Assembly: GCA_964606185.1 (NCBI GenBank)
Contig: CAZSGR010000001.1
Span: 1 to 57,942, forward strand
Source: an uncultured Eubacteriales bacterium
Lineage (GTDB): Bacteria > Acidobacteriota > Aminicenantia > Aminicenantales > Aminicenantaceae
Length of the DNA stretch: 57,942 nucleotides
Direction: 5' to 3'
Position 1 is the stretch's first letter. Each line of letters begins with the position of its first letter. This document shows, piece by piece, positions 19,460-26,726 of this stretch. A model generated the notes under the pieces. It worked only from the letters and a program-made list of their open reading frames with translations. It did not search any database and had not been told where the DNA came from. Made by a program: the position numbers and the translations under genes.

Positions 19460-20830
19460 CTACTCTTTTTTATCAGAATCGATATTGTGGATTTTCATCT
19501 TGTAACTCAACATCCTCTCCGTAATTCCCAGGGCGTGGGCCGTTCGGCTCTTTACAGAACCGTTTTCTAGGAGGGCTTTTTTTATTTCCTTGACCTCTAA
19601 ATGCTTGATTTTATCCTTTAAAGAGAGTCCCTCCTGGACTAGATCTTCTTCTTGTTTCTCTTTTAAGAACACAGGCAAATCGGAAGACGTTATCGTCTGC
19701 CCTTCACAAAAAACAACCGCTCTTTCAATGATGTTCTCCAGCTCTCTGATGTTTCCGGGGAAAGAGTAGTTGAGAAGAGCCGTCATGGCCTCAGCTGAAA
19801 TTTCCTCAATCTTTTTTCCTTCTCTCTCGCTGTACTTTCTGATGAAATAGTCAACGAGAGGAGAGATATCCTCTTTTCTTTCACGGAGCGGGGGGACGAT
19901 AATTTGAATGACGTTCAGCCGATAGTACAGGTCAGGCCTGAATTTTTCCTCTTTCATCAACCTGTCCAAATCCCTGTTTGTGGCGGCAATGATCCTCACA
20001 TCAGATTTCAGCGGCTTGGATGAACCCAAGCGATAGAACTCTTTTTCCTGGAGGAAACGCAGGAGTTTGACCTGGAGCCGCAAAGGCAGGTCGCCTATTT
20101 CGTCCAAGAAAAGGGTTCCGCCCGAAGCCGCTTCAAACTTTCCTGTTTTCCTCTCAAAGGCTCCCGTATAAGATCCCTTTTCCGCACCGAACAGCTCGCT
20201 TTCAATCAGCGTCTCTGGTAGAGAAGGAATATTGACAGCCAGGTAAGGTCCTTTTTTCCTCTTCGAGGAATAATGGATTGTCCTGGCTACAAAATCCTTT
20301 CCGGCTCCCGTTTCTCCCGAAATGAGGACTGTGGCGTCACTTTTTGACGCCTTTGAAATGAGGAGAGCCGCCTCTTCCATCCTGGATGAGTTGAAAACGA
20401 AATTTTTAGAACTGAACTTCTCTTTAAGAGAATCCTGAAGTAGGGAGATCTCTTTTTTCATCCTCTGCCTTTCCAGCGCCCGACCGATAACGAGAATAAA
20501 TTTATCAAAATCAATCGGTTTGACAATGTAATCATAGGCTCCTTTTTTTATAGCCTCCACAGCGTTCTCGACATTTGCAAAAGCGGTAACCATTATGGGG
20601 GTTACGAGAGGATTCGTTTCCAGGATAGCCTGGATCACATCTATGCCGGTCTCACCGTCCAGTTTGAAGTCAACGACCGCGATATCCACAGGATGAATGG
20701 ATATGATTTCAAGAGCCTCCTGGCCGGAAGAAGCCTCGAAAACTGTATACTTCTGCTGCTCAAGATTCTCCTTGATCAGTCTCCTTTGAAGAGAATCGTC
20801 TTCCACGACCAGAATGTTGGCCTTACTCAT
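19460..20830 (-). CDS. Sigma-54-dependent response regulator (REC - AAA+ - Fis-type HTH; NtrC/ZraR class)
   Basis: MSKANILVVEDD receiver start, Walker A GETGAGKD, GAFTGA-loop variant GSYTGA, ESELFG, C-terminal HTH ALGITERMLSYKM. ATG at 20830 with AGGAGGA RBS, 1 nt after the kinase stop. Confidence 0.93.
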   Translation of the reverse strand: MSKANILVVEDDSLQRRLIKENLEQQKYTVFEASSGQEALEIISIHPVDIAVVDFKLDGETGIDVIQAILETNPLVTPIMVTAFANVENAVEAIKKGAYDYIVKPIDFDKFILVIGRALERQRMKKEISLLQDSLKEKFSSKNFVFNSSRMEEAALLISKASKSDATVLISGETGAGKDFVARTIHYSSKRKKGPYLAVNIPSLPETLIESELFGAEKGSYTGAFERKTGKFEAASGGTLFLDEIGDLPLRLQVKLLRFLQEKEFYRLGSSKPLKSDVRIIAATNRDLDRLMKEEKFRPDLYYRLNVIQIIVPPLRERKEDISPLVDYFIRKYSEREGKKIEEISAEAMTALLNYSFPGNIRELENIIERAVVFCEGQTITSSDLPVFLKEKQEEDLVQEGLSLKDKIKHLEVKEIKKALLENGSVKSRTAHALGITERMLSYKMKIHNIDSDKKE

Positions 20831-20831
20831 C

Positions 20832-22124
20832 TCATCCTCCTGGAATCTGTATGGAAAATGTCGTTCCCTGTCCTGTTTGACTCTTAACCGCGATCTCTCC
20901 TTCATGGGCTTCGATAATCTTTTTTGTCAAATAAAGCCCGACTCCCATTCCTTTCTTCTTGGTTGAGAAGAACGGCTCAAAAATCAGCTCCATGTCCTCC
21001 TCAGGGATTCCCCGGCCCGGGTCATCTATCCTTACCAGTATTATCCCCTTTTTCTGCCAGGCACGAATCCCAATCCTTCCTTTCTCGCTGGCTTCGAGAG
21101 AATTCTTTAAAAGGTTTAAAAAAGCCTGCTGCATCAAACCTTTATCCGCATTGAGCATGATAGATGAGGATTCAGAATAAGAGATTTCAATCCCATCCGT
21201 GCTGAACTCCTTAAAAAGTGACTCTCGGACATCCGAAACCATTTCGGCAAGGGAAAACATCTCCTTATTCAGCCTGAAAGGTTTTAGACTGGCGGAAAAT
21301 TGATCGATAATCCTGGAGACTTTCTGGATCTCTTCCTTTCCTAAAGAGACATCCTTTTGAAGCTCTTCAGGAACTCTTTTTTGAAGCAGTTCAAAAAGAA
21401 GGGATAGGCTGTTCAAGGGATTCTTGATCTCATGGGCGACACCCGAAGTAAAGGCAGAAATATCTCGATATCTTTCCTTCTCCTTTTTTTCGTCCTCTGC
21501 CTCCTTCTTCTTATCAAGGTAATGCCGCTGAAGCTGGTACAGTCCAAAAAAGAAAATAATACCGATGATAGAAATCAGACTAAATATCAAGAAAAAACTT
21601 CTCCGGGAATAGAGAATCATCTCTTCCAGGTTTCCCAGAGAATAACCGATATAGAGAAAATAGGATTTCCCTTCTTCTGAAGAAAAGGGAGAATAAAAAT
21701 TGAATATCTTGCCCACCGGAGAATCGATGATCCAGGACTCTTCGTCTCCTATAGCCTGAAGAGAGAGAGGAAGATATCCTTCGAACCGAGAACTCCAGCC
21801 TAATATTTTCTTATTCTCATCCAGCAAGGCAATATAATAAATGTCTTCCTCCCAGGAATAGGACCCGAAGATCTCATCCACAGAATAATTCTCTTTCAAG
21901 AAATGGGAGATGTTGACTTTGAGAATCCCAGCCGCAGCCTGGAGCTGCTCTTTGACCAAATCTTCTGTTCTTTTCTTGATGGTGGCTCGGTTTAAGGACG
22001 AGAAAACGAAAAAAATGATGAGTATTCCCAAAAACGGAAGGTAAAAGAAGAGAAGAAAATTCCGGCCTTTCAAAACCGCTTGCCTTTTCTTCTCTTTTTC
22101 TGTTTCATCTCGCCTCCTCTCCAA
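20832..22124 (-). CDS. Sensor histidine kinase (two TM helices flanking a ~130-aa extracytoplasmic domain; HisKA + HATPase)
   Basis: H-box SGVAHEIKNPLNSL, N-box LLKNSLEA, G-boxes DDPGRGI and GMGVGL. Start uncertain: TTG at 22124 (ORF track) or TTG at 22073, which overlaps the upstream stop as TTGA and gives MKGRNFLLFFYLPFLGIL. Confidence 0.88.
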   Translation of the reverse strand: MERRRDETEKEKKRQAVLKGRNFLLFFYLPFLGILIIFFVFSSLNRATIKKRTEDLVKEQLQAAAGILKVNISHFLKENYSVDEIFGSYSWEEDIYYIALLDENKKILGWSSRFEGYLPLSLQAIGDEESWIIDSPVGKIFNFYSPFSSEEGKSYFLYIGYSLGNLEEMILYSRRSFFLIFSLISIIGIIFFFGLYQLQRHYLDKKKEAEDEKKEKERYRDISAFTSGVAHEIKNPLNSLSLLFELLQKRVPEELQKDVSLGKEEIQKVSRIIDQFSASLKPFRLNKEMFSLAEMVSDVRESLFKEFSTDGIEISYSESSSIMLNADKGLMQQAFLNLLKNSLEASEKGRIGIRAWQKKGIILVRIDDPGRGIPEEDMELIFEPFFSTKKKGMGVGLYLTKKIIEAHEGEIAVKSQTGQGTTFSIQIPGG

Positions 22125-22501
22125 GCCGGGAAACCTTTCTTATCCCTGAGCATGATAATCTCTCCACGAAATCGGATCTGGCGGGCAATGATGTTCTTCT
22201 CTCCTTCCTTGGAGTAGAGAGAGCCTATGACTTCCAGCTCTTCCCCTTTGTGAAAATCATGGGCGAAAAACCGGACGGGGCTAATCTCCACATTATAGAC
22301 CTCTTCTGTTTTTTTCTCCTCCAGAACAACGATTAAGAAAGGAGACGCATCTTTGTAGCGGGACTCCATAACAATACTCTGTATCGTGCCCCTGATTTTT
22401 TTCTCTGTATCTACATTGTAAAAGTGATCGGGCTTCTGGCTGAAGACTGTGCCCTGGAAAACGGCCAGGATCAACAGAATAATAAAAAAGCCCTTTCTCA
22501 C
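22070..22501 (-). CDS. Exported small protein, OB-fold-like, resembling the MamS/MamX-domain family
   Basis: GTG at 22501 overlaps the upstream stop (GTGA), has an AAGGAAG RBS, and gives signal peptide MRKGFFIILLILAVFQGTVFS. Body pattern IRGTIQSI...VYNVEISPVRFF...GEELEVIGS...IIARQI...IIMLRDKKGFPAWRG. The family call is from memory of the LRD..G.P.W pattern. Confidence 0.5.
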   Translation of the reverse strand: MRKGFFIILLILAVFQGTVFSQKPDHFYNVDTEKKIRGTIQSIVMESRYKDASPFLIVVLEEKKTEEVYNVEISPVRFFAHDFHKGEELEVIGSLYSKEGEKNIIARQIRFRGEIIMLRDKKGFPAWRGGEMKQKKRRKGKRF

Positions 22502-23568
22502 TTCTTCCTTCCAAAAAACAAATTCCATTCCAATCCAACGGCCAGAAAATTTCCCTGCCAATCAAAGAAGGAGTCGTTGGAATGATTGTCAATATAGATG
22601 TAGGAAAAAAACAGAGAAAATTTAGGGAAATTCTTTTCTACGCTAGCTTCAAACTGCGCTCTTGTGTCCTGCCTTATCACTCCTAGGGGATTGCCTTCCA
22701 AATCCATGCTCTCGATCCCGGGGAATTCCTTTTCAGCCCTAGTATAACCCATTTTGAGCTCGATATTCCAGGGGATAAGGATGGTGAGTTCGCTACTGAT
22801 TTGATATCCCTGCCAGGAATACCTGTCATAGGAAGGATTCTCCACCATATAAAATTCTTCGACGGAAGAGAAAGGATTTTCCCCGGAAAGTGTCCACTGC
22901 TTTGTTCCTGAGACATTGAGCCCGACTCTTCCGCCTATTCCCTGCGCGACCAGCCCTTTCACGGCCATAATCTGGATCGCCTGACCCTCCTCCGTCGGAA
23001 GAAGAGAGTTCGGATAGTTTTTATACCCCCAGTTCAACTCTGCCTTGATCGTGGTCCTCGTCCGAAAGTAAGAGTCAAAGGAAACATCCAGAAGATGGCT
23101 GATAAAATCATAGAGTGAATACCCGTAGAGTTTGTACTCCAAGGCATAATTCGACTTCAGAATCGAAGTCGGGCTGAGATAGGTCTTAAAAGAACCCAGG
23201 AAATTCAATGAAAGGTAATTGAAATCATCGTAATCTGGCCTGTAGAAAGCTCCCTGGCCTATGAGGGTAAAATAAAAAGCTGACTTTTCGCTGAGGGGAT
23301 GAAGATAATCCAAACCGATGCCATGAAAATAATAAGAAAAACCGGAATTCTCATGGAGGTAGACATAATTCCCTTCAGTAAAAAATGAAATCTTTGAAAA
23401 GTCCTTATCCAGATAAAAATTCAGTGAAGACAATTGATCCTTTTCAAGATACCTGTTCTGAAAAACATTATCAGTCATGTTCTGAAAGAATGACAAAGAA
23501 AACATCTCAGCCTTCAGAGCTGAGTTCATTAAAATAATTGCAATTAAAGATACGACTAGTCTTTTCAC
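22498..23568 (-). CDS. Predicted outer-membrane beta-barrel protein (function unknown)
   Basis: 356 aa. Signal peptide MKRLVVSLIAIILMNSALKA. Alternating aromatic/hydrophobic strands rich in Y/F/G/N throughout. Confidence 0.6.
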   Translation of the reverse strand: MKRLVVSLIAIILMNSALKAEMFSLSFFQNMTDNVFQNRYLEKDQLSSLNFYLDKDFSKISFFTEGNYVYLHENSGFSYYFHGIGLDYLHPLSEKSAFYFTLIGQGAFYRPDYDDFNYLSLNFLGSFKTYLSPTSILKSNYALEYKLYGYSLYDFISHLLDVSFDSYFRTRTTIKAELNWGYKNYPNSLLPTEEGQAIQIMAVKGLVAQGIGGRVGLNVSGTKQWTLSGENPFSSVEEFYMVENPSYDRYSWQGYQISSELTILIPWNIELKMGYTRAEKEFPGIESMDLEGNPLGVIRQDTRAQFEASVEKNFPKFSLFFSYIYIDNHSNDSFFDWQGNFLAVGLEWNLFFGRKK

Positions 23569-23647
23569 TTGGTCTCCTTGAGAGAGGGAAAAGGAGTTCT
23601 CCCCCTTTTCCCTCTGAAGATATTGGGAGGAAGTTCTCTCCTCAAGG

Positions 23648-24112
23648 TTAGCGTCCGTTCCGTCTGGAGGTCTTTCCTCCTTGACTGGATCGGCCTTGAG
23701 CGCTTCTCGTCACATGGGAAAAGCACTGCCTGAAAGAGGCCTTGTTCCATCCTTTTCCGTTGTACAGCCTGCTTCGGTACTCAAATCTGTTCGCTTCAGA
23801 AGCATTCCTGTGCCTGTTCATGTATCCGCTTCCGTCCTCTGGTGGCGTCCAATCCGGGTCCTGGCAGTTGGGAATTCCATCATTATCATGGTCCCTAGCA
23901 AAGTCGCTAATCCCGTCACCGTTCTCATCCACGAACATCAGACGAGTCCTCACTCGTTCCTCAACTTTTGTTTGAACCTGATTCTGAACCACTTTTTGTT
24001 CTTTTTTGCGGGTCTGCGCTTTTGACTGTTCCTGCTGTTCTTGGGCAAAGACAAAACCTGAACCCAGGATGAGCAGTGACCCTAACAGTGAAACTGTTTT
24101 TCTCATATTCAT
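23648..24112 (-). CDS. Secreted protein with thrombospondin-type-3 / EF-hand-like acidic Ca-binding loops
   Basis: 154 aa. Signal peptide MNMRKTVSLLGSLLILGSGFVFAQ. Q/K-rich segment, DENGDGISD and DHDNDGIPNCQD loops, basic C-terminal tail. AAGGAGG RBS 5 nt upstream. Confidence 0.6.
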   Translation of the reverse strand: MNMRKTVSLLGSLLILGSGFVFAQEQQEQSKAQTRKKEQKVVQNQVQTKVEERVRTRLMFVDENGDGISDFARDHDNDGIPNCQDPDWTPPEDGSGYMNRHRNASEANRFEYRSRLYNGKGWNKASFRQCFSHVTRSAQGRSSQGGKTSRRNGR

Positions 24113-24147
24113 TTTAACCTCCTTTCGAATATCGAGGCAAATAATAC

Positions 24148-24163
24148 TGCAATAAACGTGCCA
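24148..24163 (-). promoter_or_regulatory. Sigma-54 (-24/-12) promoter
   Basis: Minus strand reads TGGCACGTTTATTGCA, a full match to TGGCACG-N4-TTGCW. The -12 GC lies ~37 nt upstream of the ATG at 24112. The cognate bEBP gene is in the same operon. Confidence 0.82.
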
Positions 24164-24216
24164 TTATTTAACTTGTTGATATTAAATAAATTATACAATT
24201 GACGCACCAGGAAGAA

Positions 24217-24232
24217 CCTACAATATTGTAGG
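24217..24232. promoter_or_regulatory. Perfect 16-bp palindrome, candidate bEBP upstream activating sequence
   Basis: CCTACAATATTGTAGG, centred ~75 nt upstream of the -12 element. Followed by the 8-bp palindrome TGTCGACA at 24235-24242. Confidence 0.4.
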
Positions 24233-24376
24233 AATGTCGACAAAATTGTCAATAATTATCCACCTTGATTTAGATCTGTCACCAAAGGAATTTTCTGTAC
24301 CTGCCCATTTCTACTCTTGATATACCCCATCCAAAACATAAGCATAAATTTGAATGAATTTTTATTTTTTTTCATT

Positions 24377-24418
24377 GATTATTATGGAAGATTATTGGAT
24401 TATTATGGAAGATTATTG
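24377..24418. repeat. Tandem direct repeat, 2 x 21 bp
   Basis: GATTATTATGGAAGATTATTG at 24377-24397 and again, identical, at 24398-24418. Confidence 0.92.
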
Positions 24419-24434
24419 CCTTTTACACGTCTAA
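24407..24434 (+). promoter_or_regulatory. Candidate ECF-sigma-dependent promoter for the 24515-24892 gene
   Basis: GGAAGATT (24407-), then CGTCTAAA (24428-) after a 16-nt GGAAG-to-CGTC spacer. The architecture is identical to the candidate autoregulatory promoter at 25099-25126. Confidence 0.5.
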
Positions 24435-24514
24435 ATAATAAATAAAAAGTTCAAAGAAAAAAGATGCGTGCGCATCTAAAAAATTAACAACAGCAACCTA
24501 AAAAGGAGGAACAC

Positions 24515-24892
24515 ATGGCCAAGACAAAATCACTGATTGCGTTATGCGCAATGGCTCTGCTGGTCATCCCCTTGAGCGCCCTGCAAGCCAATGTGGCCGG
24601 AGACTGGGAAATGACTACGGAGGGACGACAAGGACCCAGAACCACGAACATTCACATCGATCAGGATGGTGAAAAGATCACAGTGACCATGCCAGGAATG
24701 AGAGGAGGAGGAGAAATCAAAGCAGAAGGCACCATCAAAGGAAATGAGATCGAGTGGTCAATCACCCGCCCAGGCAGAGGAGGAGAGGAATTCACGATAA
24801 CATACAAAGGAAAGGTCGAAGGGGACACGATGTCCGGCACGTTCCAAATGGGGGATTTTGGCTCCCGGGAGTGGACAGCAAAAAAGAAGTAA
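24515..24892 (+). CDS. Small secreted protein of unknown function
   Basis: 125 aa. Signal peptide MAKTKSLIALCAMALLVIPLSALQA. AAAGGAGG RBS. Internally repetitive G-rich beta pattern (GDWEMTTEG..., GTIKGNEIEWSI..., GKVEGDTMSGTF...). Confidence 0.7.
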   Translation: MAKTKSLIALCAMALLVIPLSALQANVAGDWEMTTEGRQGPRTTNIHIDQDGEKITVTMPGMRGGGEIKAEGTIKGNEIEWSITRPGRGGEEFTITYKGKVEGDTMSGTFQMGDFGSREWTAKKK

Positions 24893-24924
24893 GAATCGAC
24901 TCTAAGATATCCCAATAAGTTTTT

Positions 24925-24948
24925 AGATAGAGCATTACTTCTCTATCT
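24925..24948 (+). terminator. Stem-loop downstream of the small secreted protein gene (possible terminator, no U-tract)
   Basis: AGATAGAG (24925-24932) / loop CATTACTT / CTCTATCT (24941-24948), 33 nt after the stop codon. Confidence 0.3.
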
Positions 24949-25098
24949 TCAAAAGCTCCTTCTTTATTTTTAGACTTTATTCTTAGACATCTTTTTCTAT
25001 CCAAATTCTATCCAGAAGCAAATAATTCTTTATGAATCTTTGCCTATCGCTTAAAATAGGAAACGAAGGGAAGAGTATCCCTGTTTAAAGAATTAAAC

Positions 25099-25126
25099 GG
25101 AAGATTTTCCTCTTTCCTCCGTCTAA
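25099..25126 (+). promoter_or_regulatory. Candidate autoregulatory ECF-sigma promoter
   Basis: GGAAGATT (25099-), 16-nt GGAAG-to-CGTC spacer, CGTCTAAA (25120-), ~25 nt upstream of the ECF sigma start. GGAGG RBS at 25136-25140. Confidence 0.5.
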
Positions 25127-25151
25127 ACAGTGCACGGAGGCAAAGAGATGT

Positions 25152-25736
25152 TTGAGTGGAATGGAAGAAAAAGAACTTGTCAGATTAAGCAGAGAAGGCA
25201 GCGAAGAAGCCTTTGCCAAACTGGTGAAAACATACAAGATAAAGGTGTTTAACTTGGCCTACAGCTTAACCCATGACCGCGATGTTGCGGATGACCTGGC
25301 TCAGGAGGCATTCATCAAGGCCTATTATGCTCTCCCGAGATTCCAATCCAGGTCAGGATTCGGAACCTGGCTTTACAGGATAGCGATTAATCATGTGAGA
25401 GATTATCTCAGGAAAAAAAGTCGAATGATCCAAATATCTATCGAAAACATCAAGGAAAGTTCCATTCTCCAAGAGGATAAAACGATGAAAGAAGAAAAAG
25501 AATCCATTGAGGCGCAGAGAAGACTACTTGTCCGTCAATCCATCCGATCTCTTCCCAAGAAACACCAGGTCATCCTCTCTCTCAGAGATATTCAGGGATT
25601 TTCCTATGAAGAAATATCCAAAATCCTGAAAATTTCTGCTGGAACTGTGGATTCCCGGATTCACAGAGCCAGGAAAATGCTCAGGAAAAAATTGGCGCCT
25701 TTCTTAAGCCGCAAAGGAGGCGAACATGAATTGTAA
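25152..25736 (+). CDS. ECF-family RNA polymerase sigma factor (sigma-70 regions 2 and 4)
   Basis: 194 aa. Region 2 (FAKLVKTYKIKVFNLAYSLTHDRDVADDLAQEAFIKAY...FGTWLYRIAINHVRDYLRK) and region 4 (LPKKHQVILSLRDIQGFSYEEISKILKISAGTVDSRIHRARKMLR). TTG at 25152 or ATG at 25161. Confidence 0.93.
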   Translation: MSGMEEKELVRLSREGSEEAFAKLVKTYKIKVFNLAYSLTHDRDVADDLAQEAFIKAYYALPRFQSRSGFGTWLYRIAINHVRDYLRKKSRMIQISIENIKESSILQEDKTMKEEKESIEAQRRLLVRQSIRSLPKKHQVILSLRDIQGFSYEEISKILKISAGTVDSRIHRARKMLRKKLAPFLSRKGGEHEL

Positions 25737-26235
25737 TAAATTTGAGAAATGGATACTCCGCGCATTCGATGGGCGCTTAAAAGACGATGAAAAAAAGGAG
25801 CTGGAGGAGCACTTACAAAGCTGCCCTCTCTGCTCCGCGACTCAAGAAGAATACCGAGTCATCTTCAATTCTTTAAAGGCAAAAGATTTCCCTGAACCCA
25901 AGCCATACTTTTGGGAACGCCTGCAGGCCAAACTCGAGAAAAGCAAAAAGGTCGAGCCATGGATGCTGTGGAAGCAGTGGGGGATGAGAACTATCCCTGT
26001 ATCGATCCTCCTGATTCTCTTTCTGTCTGCGACTCTCCTTCTTATCAGCCCGCCGCAAGAAGAAGTGGAACTCACACAAGCTCTCAGCCAATCGGGCATT
26101 CTCCTGCTTGAGAACCAGAATCCACTGCAGGATACAACCGCCTTGTTCGAGACAGCAGGGGTCGAGGATAAGAACATGATGCTTATATTCACCGTTCTGG
26201 AAGAAAACAACGGAACAAGGAGAGATTTTAAATGA
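25726..26235 (+). CDS. Anti-sigma factor, zf-HC2 (ZAS) type, single-pass membrane protein
   Basis: 169 aa. Overlaps the sigma gene by 11 nt. H-x3-C-x2-C motif HLQSCPLC. One TM helix (IPVSILLILFLSATLLLI). Confidence 0.78.
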   Translation: MNCNKFEKWILRAFDGRLKDDEKKELEEHLQSCPLCSATQEEYRVIFNSLKAKDFPEPKPYFWERLQAKLEKSKKVEPWMLWKQWGMRTIPVSILLILFLSATLLLISPPQEEVELTQALSQSGILLLENQNPLQDTTALFETAGVEDKNMMLIFTVLEENNGTRRDFK

Positions 26236-26726
26236 AAAACCATTATAGAATTTGGATCGTTTTCTCTCTTATCGTGGTCTTTATTGCCGGCGTGCTGAGT
26301 GGAATTCTTCTTGAGCAGCACCTTATTCATAAGAGAATAATAAAGAAAAGAACGGAAAGGAAACCGGATAGAAGAAGCTCTGTGCGCTTTCCTACCCTGG
26401 AAATGATGGCTGAAGAGCTGGGCCTCACTCCAGAACAGCAGGAGCAGATAAGGGAAATCTTCAGGAATAACGAAGAAAAGATGAAAGAGTTAAGCTCTTC
26501 CTTTCGTGAGCAATACTCCAGCATGCGGTCTCAGCTGAGAAGTGATATCAAAAGTGTTTTGAGTGAGGAACAAAGTCAAAAATTCGATGCCCTGGTCGAA
26601 AAGTACATTACTCAAAGGAAGAAAGAAATGGAGGAAAGAAGAAAACACTCTAAAAACATCAGAACAGATAGAGGAGATGAAAAAACCAATCCGAAAATCA
26701 CAAATGAGACACAGGGAGATAAATAA
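26232..26726 (+). CDS. Membrane-anchored LTxxQ-motif protein (Spy/CpxP/ZraP-like periplasmic stress or metal-sensor family)
   Basis: 164 aa. N-terminal TM (IWIVFSLIVVFIAGVLSGILL). LTPEQQEQIREIF and LSEEQSQKFDALVEKY helices. 4-nt overlap with the anti-sigma gene. Confidence 0.65.
   Translation: MKNHYRIWIVFSLIVVFIAGVLSGILLEQHLIHKRIIKKRTERKPDRRSSVRFPTLEMMAEELGLTPEQQEQIREIFRNNEEKMKELSSSFREQYSSMRSQLRSDIKSVLSEEQSQKFDALVEKYITQRKKEMEERRKHSKNIRTDRGDEKTNPKITNETQGDK

Noticed and set aside
24377-24418. Tandem 21-bp repeats as a mini CRISPR array
   Set aside because: There are only two contiguous copies with no spacers, no cas genes in the window, and the repeat is AT-rich and non-palindromic.
24462-24477. 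AGATGC-GTGC-GCATCT hairpin flanked by A-runs as a terminator or riboswitch in the leader of the 24515 gene
   Set aside because: It is a 6-bp stem with no U-tract on the plus strand. On the minus strand there is no gene to terminate. It is kept only as part of the leader description.
24113-24514. The AT-rich 400-bp divergent region, where gene orientation switches, as oriC
   Set aside because: I found only one imperfect DnaA box (TTATCCACC, 24256-24264), with no box cluster and no adjacent dnaA or dnaN. The region is well explained as a dual promoter/operator region. GC skew could not be computed.
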